64,000 nt of DNA, from contig CAZOGU010000005.1 of NCBI GenBank assembly GCA_964579625.1, positions 1,145-65,144 of the forward strand. Direction: 5' to 3'. Numbering within the stretch: position 1 is the stretch's first letter; the number at the start of each line of letters is the position of its first letter. Below the pieces are notes generated by a model. It searched no databases and was not told where the DNA came from. It was given only the letters and a program-made list of their open reading frames with translations. Below are positions 18,582-27,632 of the stretch, piece by piece. The DNA is from an uncultured Pseudobdellovibrionaceae bacterium (GTDB lineage: Bacteria; Bdellovibrionota; Bdellovibrionia; Bdellovibrionales; JAGQZY01). The translations under genes were made by a program, and so were the position numbers.

Positions 18582-19046
18582 CTATAGTCGTGAGATCTGA
18601 CGATAGGCTTCATAAATCGCGATAGCCACCGCGTTGGAAAGATTGAGGCTTCGCACCGGTCCGGTCATTGGTATTGTCACCAGCTGATCTTGATTTTTTT
18701 CGAGGATATCGGCGCTCAATCCGCGCGTTTCGGGCCCAAAAACAAGAGCGTCACCCGGCTGATATTTCACATCCAAAAAAGAACGCGTGGCTTTTGTAGT
18801 AAAGAAAAAGCTCCGACGCAGACCGCGTTGCCGCTCCCATTCTGCAAAGTTTTCATATTCAGTGCTTTGTAAGGACTTCCAATAATCCAGTCCGGCCCGC
18901 CGCACTTGTTTTTCACTTAAAGAAAATCCAAGTGGTTTGATGAGATGAAGATGGCAATTCATCGCAACGCAAGTGCGACCAATGTTCCCCGTATTATGCG
19001 GGATTTCGGGCTCAACGAGGATAATATCTAACAGGGGTGATTTCAA
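18582..19046 (-). CDS. trmL: tRNA (cytidine/uridine-2'-O)-methyltransferase TrmL (SpoU/TrmH family)
   Basis: 154 aa with IILVEPEIPHNTGNIGRTC and C-terminal SLNLSNAVAIAIYEA. Confidence 0.85.
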   Translation of the reverse strand: MKSPLLDIILVEPEIPHNTGNIGRTCVAMNCHLHLIKPLGFSLSEKQVRRAGLDYWKSLQSTEYENFAEWERQRGLRRSFFFTTKATRSFLDVKYQPGDALVFGPETRGLSADILEKNQDQLVTIPMTGPVRSLNLSNAVAIAIYEAYRQISRL

Positions 19047-19642
19047 AGAAAATGACTCACTTCGTGTCCTAGGTTTGTCAGCGCTAAACGACGCCCCTTG
19101 TCCACGATGAGTTCAAGTGATATCAATTCCCTGTAAAGCGCCATGTCCACAGGAATGATCTCACGCCCCTTCGCTCGAGACAGCTTGTGAATGTAAATTC
19201 GTTGACGATCCGTTAGCTTCTCTAAAAGAGAGCCCGATGTTTGCTGGACAGGGCGAGAGGCTTCGAACTCATCGAGAGCTCCTAAGGTTTGTTCTTTTTT
19301 AAGAGGATTTAAGCAATAGCTCGGGAGCTTTACTTCCCCCTCAGCAAGTCCAAAAACATTTAAAGTCTCTTTAATTATAAAGCTTTTTTCGATTGTGGCC
19401 GCTAAGCCGCAGCCATTGAGACCATCCAAAAGTGGCCACTGTGATTCAGTAATGTCCAACTCCACGGCCTGGCCCGAAACAGTATTTTCGCCCTCATTAA
19501 GAATCAAAGAGAGGCCGCACTGAAGTTTATAAATAGTGCCCTTAACAGTGGCCGGCTGCGAATTCTTGATAAAATTTTTAAATCGATCATGACAGGGCTG
19601 TCCCTCGCTATAAACGCCGTATAGAAAAAAATTAAACCCCAT
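19043..19642 (-). CDS. hypothetical protein, N-terminal gamma-glutamylcyclotransferase/AIG2-like fold, C-terminal HTH-like region
   Basis: The N-terminus FFLYGVY...VKGTIYKL...VSGQAVEL resembles the AIG2/GGACT pattern. Its stop overlaps the trmL start. Confidence 0.4.
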   Translation of the reverse strand: MGFNFFLYGVYSEGQPCHDRFKNFIKNSQPATVKGTIYKLQCGLSLILNEGENTVSGQAVELDITESQWPLLDGLNGCGLAATIEKSFIIKETLNVFGLAEGEVKLPSYCLNPLKKEQTLGALDEFEASRPVQQTSGSLLEKLTDRQRIYIHKLSRAKGREIIPVDMALYRELISLELIVDKGRRLALTNLGHEVSHFL

Positions 19643-19794
19643 TATTTCGTTCCCCTCGATCGTTTTATTTCCTCAAAAGAACAGGGGGTATAGCAAAAAA
19701 CGCACACAACCGCAAATCGGGCACTCAACGCATATAGTGTTGACACAAGGATCTGCTGACCTTTGAACTATCTTTAATGGGGCCCCGTGATTCT

Positions 19795-20173
<379 letters not shown>

Positions 20174-20206
20174 ATTTTTAAAAACCATAAACCAAGGAGT
20201 TGTCTA

Positions 20207-21619
20207 ATGTCGCCGCAAGAAAGTATTGATTACGCCTATAAACAAGGTGCCCAAATGGTGGACCTTAAATTTACGGATATGCTGGGAACTTGGCAGCATT
20301 TAACAATTCCACTTCATCAACTCAAAGCCGATATTTTCGAAGAAGGCATGGGCTTTGATGGTTCTTCCTGCCGCGGTTGGCGCGCGATCAACGAGTCCGA
20401 CATGGTGTTGATGCCTGATCCGAGCACAACAAAAATGGATCCGTTTTCTGAGATTCCCACCGTTTCCTTACTTTGTGATGTGGTCATGCCAGAAGCGCTG
20501 ACTCCTTATGACCGCGATCCGCGACAGATTGCAAAAAAAGCGTTAGCCTACCTTAACTCCACCGGTCTTGCCGACACTGCCTTTTTTGGTCCCGAAGCGG
20601 AGTTTTTTATTTTTGATGATGTACGTTTTAGCCAAAATCAATTCGGTGGCTTTTACCAGATCGACTCCGATGCTGGCGCCTGGAACAGTGGTCGCGACGA
20701 AGGCGGAAACAATCTTGCGTTTAAACCTCGCCACAAAGAGGGCTATTTTGCCTCGATGCCAACGGATACGCTCCACGATATGCGTACAGAAATTTGTTTA
20801 GAGCTCGAAAAGCTTGGCATGACTGTCGAGCGCCATCACTACGAAGTGGCCTGCGCTCAGTGCGAAATCAATTATCAGTACGACGAACTTGTCCGCTCTG
20901 CTGACAAACTCCAATGGTTTAAATATGTCGTAAAAAACGTAGCTCGACGTCACAACAAAACAGCGACGTTTATGCCAAAACCGTTGTTTGGCGATAATGG
21001 CTCCGGTCAGCACGTTCACATGTCGCTATGGAAAGGTGGAAAAAACCTTTTTGCAGGGAACCAATATGCGGGTCTTTCAGAGACGGCACTCTTCTTTGTC
21101 GGTGGAATTTTAAAACATGCGCCTTCTCTTTGCGCATTCACAAATCCAATCACAAATTCTTACAAGCGTTTGGTCCCTGGTTTTGAAGCTCCGGTTAAAT
21201 TGGCTTACAGTTTTAAAAACAGATCTGCAGCCGTGCGAATTCCAAACACCGGCGACAGTCCAAAAGCAAAACGCATTGAATTTAGAACACCAGATTCTGG
21301 ATCAAATCCGTATTTGTCTTTTGCCGCATTGTTAATGGCCGGCATCGACGGAATTCAAAACAGAATTCATCCCGGCGATCCACTGGATAAAGATATTTAT
21401 GGATTACCTCCACAAGAGGCCGCAAAAGTTCCATCGATTCCAGGAACTCTCGATCAAACGCTTAACAACTTAACTCTAAAGCACGATTTCTTGCTCAAAG
21501 GCGAAGTGTTTAGCAAAGATTTTATCGAAAATTGGATCACCTATAAAATGGAAAAAGAAGTGTTGCCGAATCAAATGCGACCAACACCGTATGAATTCCA
21601 TATGTATTACGATCTGTAA
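20207..21619 (+). CDS. glnA: glutamine synthetase type I
   Basis: 470 aa, with AAGGAG 8 nt upstream. GS-I motifs are present, including the adenylylation-site-like KDIYGLPPQE. Confidence 0.97.
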   Translation: MSPQESIDYAYKQGAQMVDLKFTDMLGTWQHLTIPLHQLKADIFEEGMGFDGSSCRGWRAINESDMVLMPDPSTTKMDPFSEIPTVSLLCDVVMPEALTPYDRDPRQIAKKALAYLNSTGLADTAFFGPEAEFFIFDDVRFSQNQFGGFYQIDSDAGAWNSGRDEGGNNLAFKPRHKEGYFASMPTDTLHDMRTEICLELEKLGMTVERHHYEVACAQCEINYQYDELVRSADKLQWFKYVVKNVARRHNKTATFMPKPLFGDNGSGQHVHMSLWKGGKNLFAGNQYAGLSETALFFVGGILKHAPSLCAFTNPITNSYKRLVPGFEAPVKLAYSFKNRSAAVRIPNTGDSPKAKRIEFRTPDSGSNPYLSFAALLMAGIDGIQNRIHPGDPLDKDIYGLPPQEAAKVPSIPGTLDQTLNNLTLKHDFLLKGEVFSKDFIENWITYKMEKEVLPNQMRPTPYEFHMYYDL

Positions 21620-21633
21620 GAAGTCAGTTGAAA

Positions 21634-21662
21634 GCAGCGGTATCTGTTTCGGATACCGTTGC
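21634..21662 (+). terminator. hairpin immediately downstream of glnA (possible terminator)
   Basis: GCAGCGGTATC / GATACCGTTGC forms an 11-bp stem with one G-U pair and a 7-nt loop, 15 nt after the glnA stop. There is no adjacent U-tract; the nearest T5 run is 8 nt further on. Confidence 0.4.
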
Positions 21663-21698
21663 AGTTCGGTTTTTAGTTGAGAGAGTCCACCGCATTTT

Positions 21699-21741
21699 CA
21701 AAACTCAAACTGAACTGAAACTGCTTCTGATGCTGTTTCTG
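21699..21741 (+). repeat. left copy of ~43-nt direct repeat bracketing the 21.7-24.7 kb islet
   Basis: CAAAACTCAAACTGAACTGAAACTGCTTCTGATGCTGTTTCTG matches 24656-24698 at about 40 of 44 positions. The core AAACTGCTTCTGATGCTGTT is identical in both copies. Confidence 0.85.
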
Positions 21742-21774
21742 ACACTACCACAGTCCCTCTTCGATCCTGATCTA

Positions 21775-22497
21775 TCAACGAGCCTTGCTGTCTGGTGGGA
21801 AACGAAAGGTCGTTTTGCCCTGTTCATCTAAAAACTGAAGATGCGCTTCGCCGCCCGCTTCGACTTTCATTTCGAGTCGCACTCTTCCTTTTGCGTCCTT
21901 TAACTTAATGATTGAGGACCTGTCGTAGTCCCTTCCGATTCTGAGACGCTCTGACATCAGCAACCCTTGATCGCGAAGTGCCTGATAGGCCGCATCTTGT
22001 GCTTCTTTGGGAAGTTTGGAGATCTCTTTTTGCTTATTGATCAGATCATTCAATGGCATGTTTTGGTCATTCATTTTTAGACCTGCGAAATAGTCTCCGT
22101 TTTTTTCTTCTTGATGAGTGAACTGAATCGTTTGATCCCCGCGAAACTTATCGAAGGTCAGTGAACCACCTTGGCCTTTTCCCGTATTGCCATCGAAAGC
22201 CAACCCACCAAGCTCATCTCCCTTTTCATTAAAGAACATGAGTCCCGGAGGGCGTTGTCCGCGGCGCTCCTCGTAAGTGACATCATCAATGACTCCGGGA
22301 TGCTGGCGTACCTGGTTGGAGATAACCATTCTCAGCTTTCCGTCTTTTTCGACGATGTTAATTCGTTCGACATCAATTTCTTCAAATTTCTTGGTCTTCA
22401 TTGTTTTAAAAACAAAGCCAAACAAGAGTGTGCAGGCAATGGTCATTAGGAGTGCATAAACTTTTAAAAAACGAAGTTCTTTCTCTATTTTGTTCAT
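21775..22497 (-). CDS. membrane-anchored hypothetical protein
   Basis: ATG 22497 gives MNKIEKELRFLKVYALLMTIACTLLFGFVF with one TM helix, followed by a soluble Gly/Asp-rich domain. I recognise no family. Confidence 0.5.
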   Translation of the reverse strand: MNKIEKELRFLKVYALLMTIACTLLFGFVFKTMKTKKFEEIDVERINIVEKDGKLRMVISNQVRQHPGVIDDVTYEERRGQRPPGLMFFNEKGDELGGLAFDGNTGKGQGGSLTFDKFRGDQTIQFTHQEEKNGDYFAGLKMNDQNMPLNDLINKQKEISKLPKEAQDAAYQALRDQGLLMSERLRIGRDYDRSSIIKLKDAKGRVRLEMKVEAGGEAHLQFLDEQGKTTFRFPPDSKAR

Positions 22498-22612
22498 GAT
22501 TTTATTGTTAACTCCGAGACCAAACACTGTCCATAGGTACAATCTTGAATCATAGTGCGTTAGCCTCCTCGAGGCCTTATGTAGCTATGTTTTACGCTCA
22601 TTTCGATGCAAC

Positions 22613-23581
22613 TCATTTCTTATTACCCGCTATGGGGGGGGCCCAAGGCTCCTTGCGCTCTCGCTCGTATTTTAGTCGGTTATGCACACCACACAAAACC
22701 TGCAGATTTTCTAGTTTGTGCGGCCCTCCCCGACTCCAGCTTTTGATATGATCGATCTGTAAAAACCTTTGGCTTGAGCACGTTTTACCGTTTTTATCGA
22801 TATGGGCACAGACGGCGCTCGGGTGAAGTAGGGCTTTCCGCACCTTTGCTGGTACAGCACTGCGTTTCAAGTTGTTCTGAATAGTGCTCCTCTTTTGTCT
22901 ACAAACTTGCGCATCTTGGACTTTCACTACCGCTACGGCAGTAGCAGGTTTTGATGTGCGCAATGTCGATCGACGAGCCACTTCTTTTTTAGCCAAATAG
23001 GTCAGCGTCTCCGCCCAATTGTTGCTAACCACTGCATGAGAAATCATATTTTGTGCTTGTTCGAGGATTTCCATTTGTTCTGACGTTAATGTGATAGTGA
23101 GCGTGACAGAATGATCTCGATGAATCGTTTCTTTTTGTATGGGCGCAGTTGGCAGATCTAACGCCGTGGCGATAATCTGCTCTGTTTCCTTTTGGCTTGA
23201 GTTTTCGATTTGTAAAAAGAGTTCTCGCTTCTCCTCAGTGCTGACGATTGTTTTGTTTATTTTTCTATATTCCCGAGCGGCTCGCTGAACCTGCGTCGCT
23301 TGAGATAAAGTTAGAGACCCACTTTCAAATTTCTCGACCACCTCCGGCAACTCCCGAAGCAACCGCGCCGCATCGATCCTGCGCATGGCCGCCCCAGGGC
23401 TGTTGCCGACGTCTTTGACTAAATAATCAAACAAGCTAGTGAATCCTTTGTCTATGTAAAGGCGTCGCCGATCAATCTCCGCAATGCACTCTAACACCTG
23501 GGCTGTGATTTTACGCTCGCTGCGCACAATATTTTCAAAACACGACACAAGATTTGCATTGGATAAAGTATTAAAATTCAT
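22613..23581 (-). CDS. DUF222-type HNH endonuclease
   Basis: GGAGG RBS. The N-terminus CIAEIDRRRLYIDKGFTSLFDYL...RRIDAARLLRELPEV is DUF222-like. The C-terminal HNH motif is HIDHIKSWSRGGPHKLENLQVLCGVHN. Confidence 0.8.
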   Translation of the reverse strand: MNFNTLSNANLVSCFENIVRSERKITAQVLECIAEIDRRRLYIDKGFTSLFDYLVKDVGNSPGAAMRRIDAARLLRELPEVVEKFESGSLTLSQATQVQRAAREYRKINKTIVSTEEKRELFLQIENSSQKETEQIIATALDLPTAPIQKETIHRDHSVTLTITLTSEQMEILEQAQNMISHAVVSNNWAETLTYLAKKEVARRSTLRTSKPATAVAVVKVQDAQVCRQKRSTIQNNLKRSAVPAKVRKALLHPSAVCAHIDKNGKTCSSQRFLQIDHIKSWSRGGPHKLENLQVLCGVHNRLKYERERKEPWAPPIAGNKK

Positions 23582-24122
23582 GGTTCCTCCAAAAAAAATA
23601 AATATAACATGAGTTTTATTTTTAAATTTTTGATGATTTTAAAATCCGGACATATTTAAAAAAGTTTTTATGAAGGCCATTTAAGGGCTAACACAGCCCT
23701 CTAGAAATGATGAGTTTTGATGCCCAATGAGCCGTACGGACTGCTTTAAAAAAAGCATTGGCGAGCCAAGCGTAGAGCACCAAAACACAGTCAAATTTAT
23801 TTTAATTTTTCTCGCCGGATTGACACATCGCTGGTATCGCTAGGGCAGTGAAAAATTGAGTTTTCTTTTTTTAAAATCTTTAATCAATAAATTATTTTCT
23901 TTTCATCCCAATCCTTCCCACGAAGGGAAGGATTCAACAATCCATGGATGGACGAACTTCGCAAATTCTGATCTGTCTTAATTAAGACAACTGCGAGAAT
24001 CTAGGTACTCCAATACTTTCTGCAATCAACAAGGTCGCAAAAAGTATCGAGGTCTCTTTTCGTTACTTAAAGCCCAAAGTTACAATTTCGCTGCCAGAAT
24101 ATTGAACACATATTTGACTTGC

Positions 24123-24419
24123 TTAGTTCAGAGCGTTTAACACAAAAGATGATCCCGCAAGCGCGGCATTCCCTGCAAGGCAAAAACCTTTCTGTATATC
24201 TGGAGCAATACCTTTTTGCGAAAGTCTCTTGTTGTCGCTCATACTGAAGCAAAACTCTGCTTTTTCTTTAGAAATATTTAAATAGGGCGAGATCGTTTCA
24301 GTTTTCATAATATATCCACAATACGATTCCATACCACTCGCCGTTTTTCTCTCACTATTTTTCTCTGCAAATACAGAACACGAAAAACCACACACAAGCA
24401 TAAAAAATATTATTTTCAT
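24123..24419 (-). CDS. small secreted Cys-containing protein
   Basis: GGAGG RBS, signal peptide MKIIFFMLVCGFSCSVFA, and a 98-aa product. I recognise no family. Confidence 0.5.
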   Translation of the reverse strand: MKIIFFMLVCGFSCSVFAEKNSERKTASGMESYCGYIMKTETISPYLNISKEKAEFCFSMSDNKRLSQKGIAPDIQKGFCLAGNAALAGSSFVLNALN

Positions 24420-24582
24420 GAATCCTCCATTTAAATATTGTATTCCTTTACTGACTTACCCCTCCACATCACTCTCTTTGCACTTGCGAAAACTAGCATA
24501 AAATCCGGGTGGTTCACTCTCGTGTTTTATTAGAAATTCTTTTAGGGTAAGGGTTGAGCCTGAAAAGTATTCCGAATGGTTC

Positions 24583-24610
24583 AGATCCTTCGCCGCACTC
24601 AAAGTAACGG
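24583..24610 (+). repeat. dispersed repeat copy B
   Basis: AGATCCTTCGCCGCACTCAAAGTAACGG, a degenerate copy 46 nt upstream of the right islet direct repeat. Confidence 0.65.
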
Positions 24611-24655
24611 AGTGGAAACAGGGTCAGGATTTTTTGTGCAGTTTCGACCCGTTTA

Positions 24656-24698
24656 CAAAAACTTAAACTGAACTAAACTGCTTCTGATGCTGTTACTG
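24656..24698 (+). repeat. right copy of ~43-nt direct repeat bracketing the islet
   Basis: CAAAAACTTAAACTGAACTAAACTGCTTCTGATGCTGTTACTG, ending 5 nt before the rlmD-like stop codon. Confidence 0.85.
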
Positions 24699-24702
24699 CT
24701 CC

Positions 24703-25944
24703 CTACCCCTTTTCCAACACACACAGCAGCTCAATATGCGGGGTGTGGGGAAATTGATCGACGGGTTGGGCCTCTTTAAGTTTCCAGCCGCTCTCTACCA
24801 AGTTTTTAATATCTCCAGCCCACTGGTAGGGTTCGCAGGAAATATAGACAATTGTATGTAGTTTTTTTAGCGGCTCTATAAACTTATCGAGAAGTGAAAA
24901 TCCCTCTCGCGGAGGATCTAAAAACAGAATTTCGCTTTCTTGAATTTCTTTTGGGATTTTTTTCCATTCGTTCGGTTTGTACAAGTCGACCTCGAAGCAT
25001 GCAACGCCGGGAATTTTTTTCGCGTTGAGCGTGCTGACCGCTTGTGGGCTGAGTTCTGCGCTGTTGATTTTAGTAAAACCAAGTTCACATAAGACTTCCG
25101 TAAAATTTCCCGAACCACCGAAGAGTTCGATCACCGTCTGAGTTTTATTTTGTACGCCCAGCATCTCGCGCACCCAGTTTTTCATAAATTCGTTTTGCTC
25201 CGAATTCCCTTGCTGAAAGGGCAATCGCCGATTGATGGCGGTAGAATCCGCAGGCGTTGAATCATTTACGTCTATAAAATTCCAAAAATACGGCGGCTTT
25301 GGTTTCCAATCGGGTCGCGGTAATTGGGCCTTGAGTTTTTTTAAAGTTTCGCGATTTTTATCGCTTAAAATCAAACAGTCTTCGATTGCGGCGATCTCTT
25401 TTGTCTCTGGCGACACGTATCCGAGCACTTGACCATTTGTTTTGAATTGGGCGCGATTCCGATATCCGTAAATTTTTGGCGAGGGCTGAATACGAAGCGC
25501 ATTAAAGCCCTCACTGGCGAGACGATTCCTCTGAATTAAATATTCCACACGTTTTTGTTTTTGCTCGAGCTGGGCCTCATATTGAACGGTGATCCAGGGG
25601 CAGCCGCCACACTGACCCGCTTCCCAACCAAAATGGGGACATAGAGATTCTAGCTTTGCTGGAGAACGCTTTTCCAATTTTCCGATGCGGGCGATTCCAT
25701 ATTTTTTGCTACGCGATTCAACAATAAATTCGCCCTCGTCACCAGGCCATGTGCCGCGCACAAAAAACACACGCCCTTCGGGGTGATCGACAACGCCGTG
25801 CCCCTCAGATGATATATCGCGAATTCGACCACTAAAAATCTCGTGCATGGCCCATTTCATAAGGCTTTCGGGGCATTTGCGCAATGCCATATTGCGCTTC
25901 TTGATTGAATTCTGATTCATTTTTTGAAAGAGTCTCTGACTCAC
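24703..25944 (-). CDS. 23S rRNA (uracil-5-)-methyltransferase RlmD/RumA-like (TRAM + 4Fe-4S + SAM MTase)
   Basis: TRAM-like FSGRIRDISSEGHGVV, Cys cluster CPHFGWEAGQCGGCPW, and MTase motifs ELFGGSGNF and LDPPREG. The start is ambiguous among Met codons at 25944, 25890, 25860 and 25848. Confidence 0.8.
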   Translation of the reverse strand: MSQRLFQKMNQNSIKKRNMALRKCPESLMKWAMHEIFSGRIRDISSEGHGVVDHPEGRVFFVRGTWPGDEGEFIVESRSKKYGIARIGKLEKRSPAKLESLCPHFGWEAGQCGGCPWITVQYEAQLEQKQKRVEYLIQRNRLASEGFNALRIQPSPKIYGYRNRAQFKTNGQVLGYVSPETKEIAAIEDCLILSDKNRETLKKLKAQLPRPDWKPKPPYFWNFIDVNDSTPADSTAINRRLPFQQGNSEQNEFMKNWVREMLGVQNKTQTVIELFGGSGNFTEVLCELGFTKINSAELSPQAVSTLNAKKIPGVACFEVDLYKPNEWKKIPKEIQESEILFLDPPREGFSLLDKFIEPLKKLHTIVYISCEPYQWAGDIKNLVESGWKLKEAQPVDQFPHTPHIELLCVLEKG

Positions 25945-25956
25945 ACGGGGGAAATC

Positions 25957-26970
25957 ATGGAAGCCATTACTTTTGACGATATTTTACTAGTTCCTGGATA
26001 CAACCATCACATGTCTCGCAGAGATGTGGAAACAGTTGTCACAGACAAAACCAACAAGATGACTCTGCAACTCCCTGTGATCTCGGCCAATATGGACACC
26101 ATCACGGAAAGTGAGATGGCGAACTTTATGGGAAAAAATGGCGGAATGGGCGCGCTTCATCGTTTTATGGCCATCGATAAAAATGTCGAAGAATTTAAAA
26201 AATGCAAATTTCCTACTTATGTCTCTGTCGGCGTGAGCGAATACGAACTGCAAAGAGCCGTTGCCCTTGTCGATGCGGGCGCGGATTATTTTGTGATCGA
26301 TGTGGCGCATGCGCACGCTCAGTATGTCGGAAAACAAATTAAGCATTTGCGTGAAGTGATTAAAGATCGCTGTCTTGTGGCTGGGAATGTGGCCACTTAC
26401 GCGGGCGCGGATTATCTCGCAGCATGTGGTGCAGATATTATCAAGGTGGGCATTGGTGGCGGCTCGGCTTGTACCACCCGGATCAAAACAGGCTTTGGAA
26501 TGCCTACTTTACAGAGTGTAAAAGAGTGCTCTCGTGTGGATCGCTCCATTATCGCTGATGGGGGCTTGCGCACTCCCGGGGATGTTGTGAAGGCTTTGGC
26601 GTTTGGTGCGGACTTTGTCATGATTGGTGGAATGCTCTCAGGCACTGGTCCAACTCCTGGGGCCGTTGAAACTCTCGAAAGCGGTGACAAAGTGAAGTCT
26701 TACCGCGGAATGGCCTCTCTTGAAGCCGTTGAGGATCAATTTGGCGCAATGCCTGAGTGGAAAACCGCTGAGGGCGTGGCTTTTAAGGTTCCTTACCGTG
26801 AGAATCATGATGCGATCCTGGCCGATATTCGCGGCGGGCTTCGCTCGGGGCTCACCTATGCGGGTGCTGTAAACGTAAAGGAGCTTCAACGAAAACTCTC
26901 GTACATGGTGATCACTGCGGCTTCGCAAAAAGAGAGCGGCGCCCATGGTTTGGATCGCGCGAAGAAGTAG
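25957..26970 (+). CDS. GMP reductase-like IMPDH/GMPR-family oxidoreductase (no CBS subdomain)
   Basis: ATG 25957 follows GGGGGA and gives MEAITFDDILLVPGY. The catalytic loop is GIGGGSACTTR. At 337 aa it lacks a CBS insert. Confidence 0.8.
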   Translation: MEAITFDDILLVPGYNHHMSRRDVETVVTDKTNKMTLQLPVISANMDTITESEMANFMGKNGGMGALHRFMAIDKNVEEFKKCKFPTYVSVGVSEYELQRAVALVDAGADYFVIDVAHAHAQYVGKQIKHLREVIKDRCLVAGNVATYAGADYLAACGADIIKVGIGGGSACTTRIKTGFGMPTLQSVKECSRVDRSIIADGGLRTPGDVVKALAFGADFVMIGGMLSGTGPTPGAVETLESGDKVKSYRGMASLEAVEDQFGAMPEWKTAEGVAFKVPYRENHDAILADIRGGLRSGLTYAGAVNVKELQRKLSYMVITAASQKESGAHGLDRAKK

Positions 26971-26995
26971 ATCTTTCGCTTCGCTCAGATGACGG
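26969..26995 (+). repeat. dispersed repeat copy C
   Basis: AGATCTTTCGCTTCGCTCAGATGACGG. It begins inside the TAG stop codon of the guaC-like gene and is followed by related half-units (CATGTGACGAG, CTGTCATTCTGAC). Confidence 0.8.
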
Positions 26996-27203
26996 TAGCC
27001 CTTTCCCATGTGACGAGAGGCTTAATTCTGTCATTCTGACCAATAGGGAAGGCTCTCGCGTATGAAAATCTTTCGGTGTAGTGGCCTGGCCTTTTAAAAA
27101 GCATGTGTGACATTTACATTTATCGTCTTATAAACGCTCTTTGATCGCTATTATTATAAAATATCAATAGAGTGCCCTCTCAATCTTTTAGAAGGGGTGT
27201 TCT

Positions 27204-27623
27204 ATGAAGTTAATCGTTTTTGTTCTTTCGTTTCTTTTGTCGGCATCTGTATTTGCTGAGTCTGTGCAACCTCAACTTCAATCCATCACTTGTTCTACGG
27301 GTGAGATGTCGGTTGTGATTTCTGTTCAACCTGACAGCTTAAGAGACACATATGTCTTTACTTTGTATAAAAACAATAAAGCTGTAGGTATTCCAAATAG
27401 CTCTATTGAACTTCTGTTTGGAGACTACGAAAATATCATGCTTATGTCCTACGTTTGGGGCTTTGAAAACGAAGAGCTTGGAACACTTGCCGTGGCCGTT
27501 GAGTGGGAAGAAAACATCGTGATGAAGCCGGGTACCTATGCAGGAAAATCAGATGTTTACCTAACATCTGGAGATGCCGCGATTGAAGGCTCTTCCATCG
27601 ATTGCACCGTTGTTACAAAATAA
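27204..27623 (+). CDS. small secreted hypothetical protein
   Basis: RBS AAGGGG and signal peptide MKLIVFVLSFLLSASVFA. The product is 139 aa. Confidence 0.5.
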   Translation: MKLIVFVLSFLLSASVFAESVQPQLQSITCSTGEMSVVISVQPDSLRDTYVFTLYKNNKAVGIPNSSIELLFGDYENIMLMSYVWGFENEELGTLAVAVEWEENIVMKPGTYAGKSDVYLTSGDAAIEGSSIDCTVVTK

Positions 27624-27632
27624 GTACTTAGT

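Larger units (their letters stand above)
21699..24698. mobile_element. putative inserted islet (three minus-strand genes incl. DUF222-HNH nuclease) bounded by direct repeats
   Basis: Direct repeats mark both ends, and the cargo is unrelated to the flanking convergent housekeeping genes glnA and rlmD. No integrase or transposase is present, so mobility is inferred only. Confidence 0.3.

Noticed and set aside
21628-21831. 67-aa ORF downstream of glnA
   Set aside because: It covers the glnA hairpin and the left direct repeat and has no RBS. It is better explained as non-coding repeat sequence.
26638-27009. 123-aa ORF antisense to the guaC-like 3' end, running into the repeat (…RHLSEAKDLLL)
   Set aside because: It is antisense to a well-supported CDS, and its N-terminus is encoded by the dispersed repeat. 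It is spurious.
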